This document shows positions 20,319 to 32,198 of a stretch of DNA of 64,000 nucleotides, in pieces. A program made the translations under genes and the position numbers. The DNA comes from Trichodelitschia bisporula. Taxonomy: Eukaryota. The notes under the pieces were generated by a model, which saw only the letters and a list, made by a program, of their open reading frames with translations, was not told the DNA's origin and did not search any database. Positions within the stretch are counted from its first letter, which is position 1. Each line of letters begins with the position of its first letter. Location: the NCBI GenBank assembly GCA_010356995.1, contig ML996689.1, positions 824,691-888,690 on the forward strand. The letters run 5' to 3'.

Positions 20319-21657
20319 ATGGCTGACCTCCGCATCCTCCTCATCGGCAACGGCGGCCGCGAACACGCCCTCGCCTGGAAACTCTCCCAATCCCCCCGCG
20401 TCTCCCACATCTTCGTCAGTCCCGGCAACGGCGGCACCGCCTCCCTCCCCTGCACAACCAACATCCCCCTCGGGCAAACCGACTTCCCCACCCTCGTCTC
20501 CTTCGCCAAAGACCAAAACATCTCCCTCCTCGTCCCCGGCCCCGAAGCCCCGCTCGTCGACGGCATCGTGGATTACTTCCGCGAACACGCGCCCGATGTC
20601 AGGGTCTTCGGGCCGAGCAAGCAGGCCGCTGTGCTTGAGGGGAGTAAGACGTTTAGTAAGGACTTTATGGCGCGGCATAAGGTGCCCACGGCGGCGTATG
20701 CGAACTTCAACGCGTATGAGCCGGCGAGGGAATATCTCGACCGCGTGGAGCACCGCGTTGTGCTTAAGGCTAGCGGGCTGGCGGCGGGGAAGGGCGTGCT
20801 TATCCCCGCGAATAAGGAGGAAGCGCACGCTGCGCTGCGCGAAATAATGCTGGACAAGGCCTTCGGGTCGGCAGGCGACGAGCTCGTCATCGAAGAATTC
20901 CTCGAGGGGCACGAGATTAGCATCCTGTCCTTCAGCGACGGGACCACGATCCGCAGCTTGCCGCCGGCGCAAGACCACAAGCGCATCTTTGATGGCGATC
21001 AGGGGCCGAATACGGGCGGGATGGGCACGTATGCGCCTGCCCCGGCGCATATTGTTGATGCGGAGACACTGGCGGAAATTGATCGCGCGGTTTTGAGGCC
21101 GACGATTGACGGGGCGAGGGAGGAGGGGTTCCCTTTCGTTGGCGTGCTGTTTACGGGGTATATGATCACGGCGGATGGGCCGCGGCTGCTGGAGTACAAT
21201 GTGCGGTTTGGCGATCCGGAGACGCAGTCCCTGCTTCCTTTACTCGAGTCCGATCTCGCGGAGGTGATGCTTGCGTGTGCGGAGGGCCGGCTTGCAGATG
21301 TGGAGCTTAAGATCCGGGATGCGGCGGCGGCGACGGTGGTAGTTGCTGCTGGGGGCTATCCGGATTCGTACAAGAAGGGCATTGAGATGACACTAAAGGA
21401 TGCGCCAGTGGGCAAGTTCCCCATGCGCCGATATCGGAACGTTTCGAGGCTGATACCGTACAGACGTCACGCTCTTCCACGCCGGCACGACCCTAATCGG
21501 CGAAACGCTACGCACAGCGGGCGGGCGCGTCATCGCCAGCACTGCAACCGCGCCGACCCTCGCCGAGGCGATTCAGAAGGCATACACCGGCGTGGGGAGC
21601 ATAGCATTCGAAGGGATGCAGTTCCGGAAGGACATTGGTGCGCGGGCACTGCGGTAG
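20319..21657 (+). CDS. Phosphoribosylamine--glycine ligase (GAR synthetase, PurD/Ade5-type), monofunctional
   Basis: ILLIGNGGREHALAWKL, GPEAPLVDG, LEGSKTFSKDFM, KASGLAAGKGV, QDHKRIFDGDQGPNTGGMG, EYNVRFGDPE. GC-AG intron 21412-21463 restores FHAGT..TAGGRVI..FRKDIGARALR*. Confidence 0.93.
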
Positions 21658-21761
21658 CGGGTATATACGTATGTACGGCCCAGTGGGCACCCCAAATCAA
21701 AAAGAAGAACTCCCCAACACCTGAGCTCACCTTAACGCCGTCCGCCAGCCTGAATCCCGGA

Positions 21762-22482
21762 TTACCACCCAAGCACCCCGCCCACTGCGCCGCCCAGCCC
21801 TACCAAAAGTCTCCAGTCCAAGTCTGCTCCCCTTCTCCCTTCATTAACAACGAGTATACTCCCACACCACCCCTGCCTAACCGCCGGCAACCCCGGCCCA
21901 CTCGCCACCAGCGTACTACAAAAACCCTTAAACGTAGTCGTCGGCCCAGGTGGCACGGGCACCACAGGCACCGGCCTCGTCGTAACCTGGTTATTGATGA
22001 CAACAGTCGGGCCCTGCGCCCACTGCGTCTGCGTCACGGTTACGGTGACGGTGGATATGGCGCCAGCGGGCGTGCCGCTGCAGGAGGAGCCGACGGGACA
22101 GCACCCGACGAGTGAGGGCGTGAGGAGGGCGCAGGTGTTTGAGGTGGGGCAGCACCTAGGGAGGGATTAACATGTCTCAATTCTCCCAACTTTCTACAAG
22201 CGAATTGGAAGTGCCGCACCAGTTCCAAACCCCGATGTCGCCGCATCCCTGCGGTGCGTTCGCCGGGCAGAGCGCAGGCGACGCGGAGCTCCATGATGTG
22301 CCTGCCGCATTGACGATGTAGATTGCGCCGCTGAAGGGCGCGTAGGTGTTGTATGTCTGCGGTTGAGGGGTTGGGGCTGGTATAGGCGCCGGTGCGGCTG
22401 CGGGGAGGGGGAGGGGGAGGGGGATTGGGTCGGCGGATGAGAGCGAGAGGAGTGAGAGGATGAGGGGGAGGAGGAGGAGCAT
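21762..22482 (-). CDS. Secreted, probably GPI-anchored Cys/Thr-rich cell-surface protein
   Basis: Signal peptide MLLLLPLILSLLSLSSA, CPANAPQGC..WNW|CCPTSNTC..GCCPVGSSC module (one intron, about 22157-22219), Thr-rich stalk, GFCSTL..GPGLP..QGWCG, hydrophobic C-terminus. Confidence 0.75.
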
Positions 22483-23470
22483 TGCGGCGTCGTCTATCCG
22501 CACGGGTGGGGTTGGGTTGTAGGCTATGTGCGGCGCATGGCGGCGCGCGGAATGTAACGATGTTTAGGCAGTGAACGATGCGATGTTGATATAACGGGCC
22601 AGATATGATCTCCCAACTTTACAAAGAAATATAGATTTCCTTGATTCCAAGCGCGCGGAAAGGCGGGCGCCTGATTAAGTACTATCGGGACCCCGCCCTA
22701 GCTCCCCATGGTTGCTGCGTCCAGCGCCGGCGGGGTTGGCATTGGCATCTGCGACCCAGCCGTGCCAGCTTCCGGCTGCTGCAAGGCCGGTGAGGTGGGG
22801 CTGATATGTTGGCACGCTATCTGCTGGGCTGCTGGGCTACAGCTCCTTTGGCGCGAGGCGGGGGTGCGGAAAGACGTCAGATGCGATGGGCTGCATGGGG
22901 GGGGGGATGCGAGACATGCATTGGCCGATCAGGGTTGGGCTTGGGGGGACGGGGATTGAGATAGGGGGCAGATGGTCGGGCTGGTGGTCTGGTGAGAGTT
23001 AGGCTTGTTTGCGGTTTGCTGTAACTGTTTGATAGCGAGAAATTTTGGGTGGTTGTTGTGGATTGAGGTGACAGGTGAGGTGTGATGTTGGCGGATCTTC
23101 AATCGGGACTCGGGAGGCGCCTTGCAAGCCACGTCGGGATGGCGCTTGTGTGTGATGGCCCCGCGGAGGTGGGGCACATATGCGTTGGGGGATGCCGAAT
23201 GGTGCACGAAGCCGTCGGATGTCGCGGACTCGGTACGTAGTAAGACAGACACAGAGCTAAGGTACAGCAAGCTTTGTTGAATGTCTTTGGTGTCGTGGTC
23301 TATTGAATTCAGAGCCATGGTGGAGATTTTACGTAGCTGCTTTGCTGGCGGTTTTCTGCATGTGAAACTATTCCCGGAGGTCTGTCCGATATCGACCGTC
23401 GCGAGATATCCATGGCTAAAAGTCACCACACAAGATCTACCATTCCCGTCCCACTGGAACAGCCTCATCA

Positions 23471-24607
23471 TCACCCTACCCCCTCCCCCCTCTCCCAAAC
23501 CCTAACCCCCCCATCATTCCTGACCTGAAAAAGCACCTCACCCTCCCTCCCCTCCCCCGCCCCCCCCCTCGCAATCCTCACCACCCCCCCAACATCCCCC
23601 GCAACCCCACTATCCAGTCCCCTAACACTAAGCACCGTCTCCGCCGCATGCGCGAGGCCCACCACAAACGCCCGTTCCGCCGCTTCGACCGCCCCCAGCG
23701 TCTCCGCACCCGCAGCCACGATATCCCCAGGCAGCACAACAACAAGCGCATGCACCCTCTTCCGCAGACCCTGCAACACACCTGCCAGACTCATATCTTT
23801 ATCCATGACTCGGGGATCAGTAAGCGCAGTCGCGAGGAGCACGTCCGGGGCATCGAGTACGAGGGTCACAGGCCCAGGTGCAAGCGAGTCCAGTGCCGCG
23901 GAAATAGTGTCCACGAAGCGCGTCAGCAAGGTATCGGGACCTAGCTCAGAGGGTCGACGGGTATTACGCGAAGGGTTGCCAATATTAAAGATCCCTGACG
24001 TGTCTGCAGACTTGGGATCGAATTTCGGCGGCAGTGTTTGCCGCAGGAAGACCCCGCGGTCCGAGGGGCGAGGCTGACGAGGGACGGGCGTTCGTGGGCT
24101 TTCGGACGCGCCCGGCGGGAGGAAGGGGCTTGATTCTGGAGGAGCGGGCTGGCGGGTGGGAGCCGAGAGCGCGGCGAGCACCACCGCGGATTGAGAGCCC
24201 CGGTGAGAAGAGGGGACGGGTGCGATGGGATTTTCGGGCGGGGGTGAGGGCGGTGGGGGGAGGAAGAGGTGGGTTAGGCCGTCGATGAAGGCGAAGCGGG
24301 TTTGCTTTGCTAGCTGCGTGAGGTCGAGACCCTGCTTGCTGTTAGGATAGGATCACGGTGGGAGGTGACAGCCACGTACGCCTGCGCGGCGCGCTTCGGC
24401 TTTCCAGAAGTCATGGTCGCGGAGGAAGCTCACGAGCACGGCGTTGGCATCGGGCGGGGCATCGGTGCTGAGGGCGCCGACGAGGTAGCGCACAGTCAGC
24501 CAGTTGGCTGTGGTGCTGAGGGTGTAGGTGATGAGGGTGAGGGAGTGCTGTGGGAGGGACTGGATGTATGGCTGGAGGAGAGGTGGGATGCGTGGATTGG
24601 CGGACAT
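23471..24607 (-). CDS. ELP6: Elongator complex subunit 6-like protein
   Basis: RIPPLLQPY, TANWLTVRYL, VLVSFLRDHDFWK..ARRA|GLDL, FAFIDGLT, LVLDAPDVLLA, LSVRGLDSGVAGDVGGVVRI, EVLFQVRNDGGVRVWERG. One intron near 24333-24380. Confidence 0.8.
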
Positions 24608-25553
24608 GATGCGTATTGCACTTTCTTGGGCAGAGAAATTCACCTACGGTACTTATCGAGCTCGAAGCCGCGTGCGTCATCGGCAGCAATAACAGAGTCA
24701 TATCGGTTCACTTGCAAGTCACAAACAGTCAAGAGTTATTTGATGAGAAGACTTCAATTCTTAGATCAAGCTATGAAAATGCCCCCATTCCACTCTAAAC
24801 ACGAAAAGCCTTCCCTTTGAAATGCCTGTCAGATCACCATCACCACCCACCAAGACCAGCCGACCGAAGTCAGACGCCAGAAATGGATTGAGATCATCTC
24901 CACGTGCGCCGAAGCGCACGCACAAAGGTTGTCACTCTAGGGCGGCGAGGTCATGGATCATCAGCCAGGTTGTAGGTTGAGGCTCTGGTTAGGAGCTCGA
25001 AAGAGGACGTTTACTATAGAAATGATTCTATGACTGCAAAGATAGTTAGCAATGCATTCAAAGGCTTGAAATGCCACTGTTGGGGGGGGGGGAATGCTCA
25101 CAGTAAAGTCGACTGAAGAAGAAGAAGAGAAGGGGAGAAGATCGCGCTTTTATACCCACCAGCCAGCCAGTGCCAAGCCCAGACCCGCCTAGCGAAATAA
25201 CTTTTTTCTCCTGGTCGGCTAGACTATTCTCCGGATCACATGAGGCCAAGCAGCAGGGATTCGCGGAAGCTGTGCCGCTTCGTTCTCACCGGTCGGAGTC
25301 AAAGCTGCAGCCAAGACTTCCAGTGGGAGTTGGTGCCTGTGCGCATCCCCATCCCCAGCATCCTGACTAAAGCTTCAACCACCACTTCTCTGCTCATTGA
25401 GAATCGCCACCGCAACCCTATCCATCTGAACAGAAGAGCGACTTCATTATCCGTAGCTTTCGCTCTGTTCCTCTCTCTATCCACCGCCAGAAAACCACAA
25501 TGCCCTCCATCTCTTCGTAGTCCTTCAAATCCAATCCCCCGCGTCGCAGCACC

Positions 25554-27784
25554 ATGGCTCCGCGTGCACCAAACAAGCGAGCTCTCCCGGTAAGTCCATC
25601 CCACTCTTCACCCCCGGACCAGCCTAACGCGTGTCGCCAGCAAACCTCCGTCGATGGGGAAGAGAGCGACCTGAAGAAGCCGCGCCGCTCCAATCGCATC
25701 AGCAAAGCTAACCCAAAATCCGAGAGCCCGCCGCCTCGCAACGCGCAGCTGCCCACTCCCGTCACGCAAACCGTGTCCGACGTCTCGGCTACAACCGAAC
25801 CCGCGTCTAGCAAGGAGCGCACCTCTACGCCTCCCCTTGTCCCGCCTAAAAGCCAGTACCTACATCCCAACATCCTCTCGTCGCCATTGCGAGACGCTCA
25901 GACACAGAATCAGACTCAGACTCAGCAGTGGTCGCAGTTCATTCCCCCAATCAGCCTTAGCTATGAGGTTGATGACGAGGAGGCCGACGGTGTGTGGGGA
26001 TACCTGATACCGCTCGAGGGGCCCGGTGATACGCTTGTGCTCAAGCATCGGACTTCGTGCGTGATTCCGAAGTATGGTGTCGCAAAAACGATCAAGAATG
26101 GCGAGCACGATGAGAAGGAGCTCGAGTACGAAAAGGACCGGCTTAAGGGGCTCTCGGCGAACGGTTATCTAGTTGGACGGCACCTGGAGTGCGGTACGTA
26201 TTATGCCTCCGAACTTCCCCTCAAGCATTGCTCATTTCGTAGACTACCAGCTCGATATCCCTACCGTGTCTAACCGCCATTGCCTAATATTCCCCGAAAT
26301 CAAGTCCGGGAGTGTCACTGCTGTCCTTGAAGACCTGTCAGTAAACGGTACTTTTGTCAACGACGCCATCGTTGGCCGCAACAAGCGTCGTGAGCTGGAA
26401 GACGGTGACGAAATTGCCATTCTAGATAACGCACGTCTCCTCTTCCGCTACCCGCAAAAGCAACACGCGAACGGCTTTAAGCAGCAGTATGTGCTACATG
26501 AAAAGCTAGGCAAGGGCCACTTTGCTACGGTGTACCTCTGCGTCGAGAAGAACACCGGCCAGCGTTTTGCGGTTAAGAAATTCGAGAAGCGCTCCGGGCC
26601 CGGCGAAAAGCTTAGGGTCGAGGGTCTTCAGCAGGAGATTGCCGTCCTCATGGGCGTCAGCCATCCGTCGCTGCTCTGCCTCAAGAATACGTTTGACGAA
26701 ACCGACGGCGTATACTTGGTGCTCGAGCTTGCACCCGAAGGTGAACTGTTCAACTGGATCGTGATGAAGCGGAAATTAAGTGAGGCCGAAACGCGCAAGG
26801 TCTTCGTGCAGCTCTTCGAGGCCGTCAAGTATCTTGTACGTCCCCCGCTCCCTCAATCCTCCCCAACTCACCCTTCAGCACGACCGCAACATCGTCCACC
26901 GCGACATCAAACCGGAAAACATCCTCCTCGTCGACAAAAACCTAACCCTCAAACTCGCCGACTTCGGCCTCGCCAAAATCATCGGCGAAGAATCCTTCAC
27001 CACAACCCTCTGCGGCACCCCTTCCTACGTCGCCCCCGAAATCTTGCAAAACTCAAACCACCGCCGCTACACCCGCGCCGTCGATATCTGGTCTTTGGGC
27101 GTCGTATTGTATATCTGCCTCTGCGGCTTCCCCCCCTTCAGCGACGAGCTGTACACGCCTGAAAACCCATACACCCTAGCGCAGCAGATCCTGCAGGGCA
27201 GATTCGATTACCCGAGCCCGTACTGGGATTCTGTCGGCGACCCAGCGCTCGATTTGATTGATCGCATGCTCACAGTCGACCCCAACGCACGCATCACAAT
27301 CGACGGCTGCCTCGAGCACCCCTGGACCACGGCCCGCCAAATGGGTCCGGGGGATAGCATGGACAGCACGGACGGGCTAGCCGGCGCTCTGGGAAACCTG
27401 GACTTCTCGCGCAGGAAACCCGTCCGCGAACGCACCCTCCTGGCGTCTCTGAACGATGTCCGGGTAGCACAGATCGTGGGCGCCGCGGACGACGAGCAGG
27501 GGAATCCGCAGCCCCCGGTCTTGGTGTTTGAGAAGCAGCGCGCCCTGACCGCTGACCCCCCGGCGAATGGAAACGGGAAGGCGGGGCCGGAGGGAAAGGG
27601 CAAGGAAGTCACGCCGGCGCATAAGCGTGCCCCTGAAGAATTTATCCACATGGGTGGTCAAGGTGATCAGGCGCTTTTTGGCGAGGAGGATGGGAGCACG
27701 TATGTCGTGCCCAAGAAAACGAAGGCCAAGACCGCGAAGGCGACGAAGGTCACGAAGGCTAAGGCCGAGAAGGCTGAGGCGTAG
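25554..27784 (+). CDS. CHK2: Chk2/Cds1/Dun1-family checkpoint kinase (SQ/TQ cluster, FHA domain, kinase domain)
   Basis: TQNQTQTQQWSQ cluster; FHA (GYLVGRHLEC|D..VSNRHCLIF, EDLSVNGTFVN); kinase GKGHFATV, AVKK, HRDIKPEN, DFG, APE. Introns 26194-26242 and 26836-26878. Confidence 0.92.
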
Positions 27785-28918
27785 TGCTTTTGCGAGGATA
27801 CGTTGGCTATGCAACGATACGTTTTGCACCAGAGGACGCATCGCGAAGACTCGTTTGCGGTGCGTGGGCTCGATGGGTATGGGCTGGCATTGTCGACGGG
27901 AGCCCAAAATTCAATATGGTGTTGGGCGCGAGAGATTAGGATTGTTCTATGAGGGCAGGGCGGACCGGCGTGCGGTGTATGTTTTCTGGGTATCTAGTTC
28001 TAGTAAATGCGCCGTTTACACGTTTTTGGCCGTTTTGTGCGTGATACCTGCTTGCTTCGTGGCTACCGGTACGAGTTAGAACAGCGTCATTGCAACCGAG
28101 CATACCTCGCCAGCACGCCTCGACCGTTTCTCCTGAGCCGTACATCCACTCGTCAACACTCAATGGCGCCATATTCTGAATGACGAGCATCGAAGGGACG
28201 AGAACCTGTCCGACAAGTCGAGCTCCCAAACATGACCTCCGGCAGCCACACCCCATACCCGCGCCTCCCGCCTTCCACTCCATTCCCAATGAGGCAACCA
28301 TTGCCACCCGGCCTCAAGTGGGGTACGGTACTAGGTTCACGATGATGACGGAGATGATGACGGAGATGACGTCGTGAGGCCGGGCGGGTATAAACACTCA
28401 CCCGAGGCCATGAGGAAGCGGGGGATCGTCACTTCTTTCTCTCACATCACCAAAAAGGAGCCAAAATCATATCAAGCGCTTTCAACGCGCGATATCTTCA
28501 CTACAGATCCTAATCTACGGACAACCGTGTCTAGATATCCAAGCGACATTCCCACGGACAGCGCGCGTACTTCCACATCGACGCAGCGCTCCGGGACAAC
28601 GATCAATCATCAGCAGCAACGACAAGCAAAGAAGCTTACCGTCCCTTTCTTCCTCCACATATCTTGTCTTTCATCTTGTATGGTCGTAACAAACGGAGGT
28701 CATCATCCCCAAAGCACCGAAAACGCCCAAAGAGAACACTTCCCACACGGAACATACAGGATGATCATCCAACCTATGCCCGACAAAAAAACTCCCATGT
28801 CGTCCCAAAACCCACAACCATTCCTGCCCGAGCCCGTTCAAACACCGTCCCACACACAGGAAGTCCAGTACGTATCATATCTCCCGATCCAAAATCTCGC
28901 CTTTGTACACATGCTGGC

Positions 28919-30703
28919 TCAATAAGCCGTAGTAGCACTTCTCTCCATAGTCGGCTTCCGGAAATCAGCCTCCACACCACCGCGACCACGTTCCCGCGTC
29001 GTCCTTTCTCTCTTTTCCCGTTCAGGATACCGATCGCGGCTCGGCTGGCGCCTCTGTTGGTACGAAGGTGTCAACACTGGTATCGTTACAGGCGGCGGTC
29101 CCCGCGCCGCCATAGGCGACGGTCCGCCAGAGCCAGTGTTCAACTCGCCGTATAGCGGCTTCTCGCGCGTGCGCTCGCGTTCACGAGGCGAGTCGCGAAC
29201 GACCTCACGCTCGCGGGGAATGTCGCGATCCTCATCGCGGTGCCGATATGATCGTTCGCGGCCACGCTCTCGGGGTCGCTCCCGTTCCCGTTCCCGCTCA
29301 CTGCGCTCTCGGTCCCGAAACGGATCAGCGACTTGACCGGCCATTGACGCGAGCGAAGCTATCTTCGATGCCGATTCGGGCACCTGAGTCACAGCTACGC
29401 GGGGGGGACTGTGATACCGTCCCGAAGTCGGAACTTCACTCGGTGCATGGACAACTGTACGATACCCGGTGGGAGGCGGAGGGATCGGCGCGGCCACCGG
29501 CTCAGTGGCGTAGCGGTGGGGCGGGCTGATGGGGCTAGAGTAGCCTAAATCGACGACGCGAGCCCCTGGTATGGCACCGGTGGAGTTCTTCCGGACCGGT
29601 GGTGATCTAGAGTGCTCGCGCGCCGGCGCGGGTGCTGAATGCCGGAAATCCGGACCAAGTGGCACATGTTCGCGGCTCTTGCGCTCACGCTCACGCTCAA
29701 TGCGAGGATCCTCAACAGACGTGCGCGATCGGCGCGGCATCGGTGGTGGCGGAACACCAAGGTTGACACCGGGGACAGGTGCACGGTGGTATTCGCCTGC
29801 ATGCTCATACTCCCGCGGGTAAGTGCTTTCGGGTGTGCGGTGTTCTGGAGGACTCCGGGATCCCGACCGACGAGCCTGCGAACGGCGCACCTGGGGGTTG
29901 GCAGTCGGATCACCGGCGCGAGTGTACGTGTAAGCATACGACGCGGTGGTGACTTGGGGCGGACCGCCGGCTCGGCGCGTTGATTCCATGTACCGCCTCG
30001 CCGCCTCCTCACGACTTGCAACCTTTTCGCGCTCCTCCCGCTCACGGTCTCGCGGAAGGTCGGTGTCTCTCTCGCGTCGGCGTTCGGCCTCTTCGCGTTG
30101 CAGGCGTTCCCGCTCCCAGATTTCCTTGTCCGGCTTGTATGACTCTTGCTTGTGCATGCGCTGAGCCCGGATGTCAGCGTCGCGCTTTCGGTCACGGTCG
30201 GCACGGTCGGCGCGTCTCCGGTCCTCTTCGGCCCGGGCACGCTCGCGCTTGCGCTCGGCCTCTGTGTCGCGTTCCCGGTCGGTACGTGTCGTACGCTTCC
30301 TGGTGTATGCAGATCGTGATGGCGAGTCATGCACATCATCGTCGTCGAAGTAGGAAGGGCGGCGTTCCTCAAACTGGGGCTCGCGGTGGGTGAAGAAGGA
30401 ACCGGCCGCCATCCGGACCCCGCGGAACTCCGTGTGTTGCTCCATGTGCCTCCTGCGCATCTCTGCCAGTCGCACCTGTGCATCGTAGCGTTCACGCTTG
30501 TCTTGGTCGTTGAGGATCTCGTAGGCTTGTTGGATCTTGTGGAACTCATCCTGGGCGGCAGCCTTGGCGGCGTCATCACCTACAACTTTATCGGGATGAT
30601 ATTTCAGGGCGAGTTTGCGATACGAAGACTTGATGGCTGCAGCTGTCGCGTCAGTTGGCAGACCGAGGGCAGCATAGGGGTCGGGGGGAAGAGGTGACTC
30701 CAT
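28919..30703 (-). CDS. DnaJ-domain protein with a long R/E/D-rich disordered C-terminus
   Basis: Intronless 594-aa ORF with an N-terminal J domain: DPYAALG..IKSSYRKLALKYHPDK..FHKIQQAYEIL..KRERYD. Confidence 0.9.
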   Translation of the reverse strand: MESPLPPDPYAALGLPTDATAAAIKSSYRKLALKYHPDKVVGDDAAKAAAQDEFHKIQQAYEILNDQDKRERYDAQVRLAEMRRRHMEQHTEFRGVRMAAGSFFTHREPQFEERRPSYFDDDDVHDSPSRSAYTRKRTTRTDRERDTEAERKRERARAEEDRRRADRADRDRKRDADIRAQRMHKQESYKPDKEIWERERLQREEAERRRERDTDLPRDREREEREKVASREEAARRYMESTRRAGGPPQVTTASYAYTYTRAGDPTANPQVRRSQARRSGSRSPPEHRTPESTYPREYEHAGEYHRAPVPGVNLGVPPPPMPRRSRTSVEDPRIERERERKSREHVPLGPDFRHSAPAPAREHSRSPPVRKNSTGAIPGARVVDLGYSSPISPPHRYATEPVAAPIPPPPTGYRTVVHAPSEVPTSGRYHSPPRVAVTQVPESASKIASLASMAGQVADPFRDRERSERERERERPRERGRERSYRHRDEDRDIPREREVVRDSPRERERTREKPLYGELNTGSGGPSPMAARGPPPVTIPVLTPSYQQRRQPSRDRYPEREKRERTTRERGRGGVEADFRKPTMERSATTAY

Positions 30704-31943
30704 GCTGGGTGGTTGTTGATATGTAAAATGATGCTAAAGGGGGCCTTGATGGATGGTGAAGGTGGGAAGCAGTCAAGGCAACAGCCATGCGCTGTTGATA
30801 TAGTTGTGGAGGTAGAGGCGCAGACGGACGGCAGCGAGATGCTCCGTGGGATAAAAGGATTTGCCCCTCAGGTTGGTACTATGACGGAACGGCTCTGACA
30901 AGAAAGTAGGAACCGGCGAAGGGGGCTGAATTATGGAGCCAGGTCCGAGGCGGTGCAAAGCGTTGGACAAGGCGTAACGTATTCTCGGGCAGCGTGGAGG
31001 CCGGTCGAGCGTACGGCAGCGTCGGAGACGGAGCACGGGTAAATCGGCGATTCAACGGGTGAGCAAGAGTGGGGGAGCCAACGATCCAGTCGTGGGATGG
31101 CAGACTTAGCGGGTGGTCCAGTGAGGGACAAGAGCCGAAACTGGCGAGCGGTGCGTGGCGGCGAAAGGGCGTGGGCGTGACAGGGCAAAAAAAGCCGCTT
31201 AGCTAAGGCCGCTTTTCTCTCTCACATAAAATGGGTTGGCTGATCCTTGCACTGCAGCGCCCAGTTCCGGGTACGGGAAGGTAGTAGCAGAGAAAGGGAG
31301 GCGATATGCAGGAATGGAGCCGAGAGAAGTGAAAAGCAAAGAGCCAATGCGCAAATAAGACGGAAAAGAGAAGCTAATGGGGGGATTGGTCGGGTAAGAG
31401 GGTCGGGTAAGAGCGACGGTAGAAGAATGGGATGGAAGGAAGGCGAATACTAAAAGAATAATGGTGGAATAAACCGCGGCTCAACGCGACAGGGAAAGGT
31501 AGGAAGTATCTTTTCTTGTTGATGATGATGGTTGTTCGGCTGCGGGCTTGTTGGTGAGTGACGTGGCGAGGCTTTGAGTGCTTCAGATGCGAAGCGATGT
31601 GTGAGGGGGGTAGCCCTGCGAACAAATTGCAATGTTCCCCGGCTCTCTCCCGATTCTTCCGACGATGACGATTATTGGCCTGCAGTTGAGAGCGGTGCAG
31701 AATGCGTTGTCGACGACGTACGTTGATATGGCGAGATATGAGGAGCGGGGTTCGGGATAGGATAAGGTGAGGATTGAGTGAGTGGTGGTGGAGTGGGGAG
31801 GCTTGGTGGAGAGATGTTGGGAGTAGGTAGTAGTCCCAGAGAGGTGATGTCGTTTTCCCGTCCTAGTGAAAGGGAGGAAGAGGAATGACAGGACCTCTCG
31901 ATCCAGGAGGACAAGGTAAAGAGAGAGAGAGAGAGAGGAGGTG

Positions 31944-32198
31944 AGGTTGAAGAGAGTGGTGAGGGGAGAGAACTGACGAGAGTTGAGAGGAGGGGAAGTC
32001 GGAAGGGACGGGGGAGAGGGGGATGTCTTGTGGCGCTGTGACGCTCTGTGATGAGGCGGTCTGTGGNNNNNNNNNNGGTTGAAGAGAGTGGTGAGGGGAG
32101 AGAACTGACGAGGGGGGGGGGGGGGGGAAGTGGGGGGGGGGGGGGGGGGGGGGGGGCGCCTGAGGCGCTGTGACGCTCTGTGATGAGGCGGTCTGTGG
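31944..32198. other. Scaffold gap (10 N, 32067-32076) flanked by two copies of the same ~122-nt purine-rich sequence
   Basis: GGTTGAAGAGAGTGGTGAGGGGAGAGAACTGACGAG...GGCGCTGTGACGCTCTGTGATGAGGCGGTCTGTGG occurs on both sides of the Ns. The right copy has its middle replaced by poly-G. Confidence 0.85.

Noticed and set aside
20193..22115. 640-aa ORF suggesting a GARS fusion to a novel C-terminal domain
   Set aside because: It is read-through of the GC-AG intron into a wrong frame antisense to the neighbouring gene; the real stop is at 21657.
31944..32198. Direct repeat with long poly-G tracts (possible element ends or G-quadruplex array)
   Set aside because: The copies flank a 10-N gap and the second looks like a G-miscalled version of the first. 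Overlapping contig ends are the likeliest explanation, and the 267-aa ORF across the gap is an artefact.
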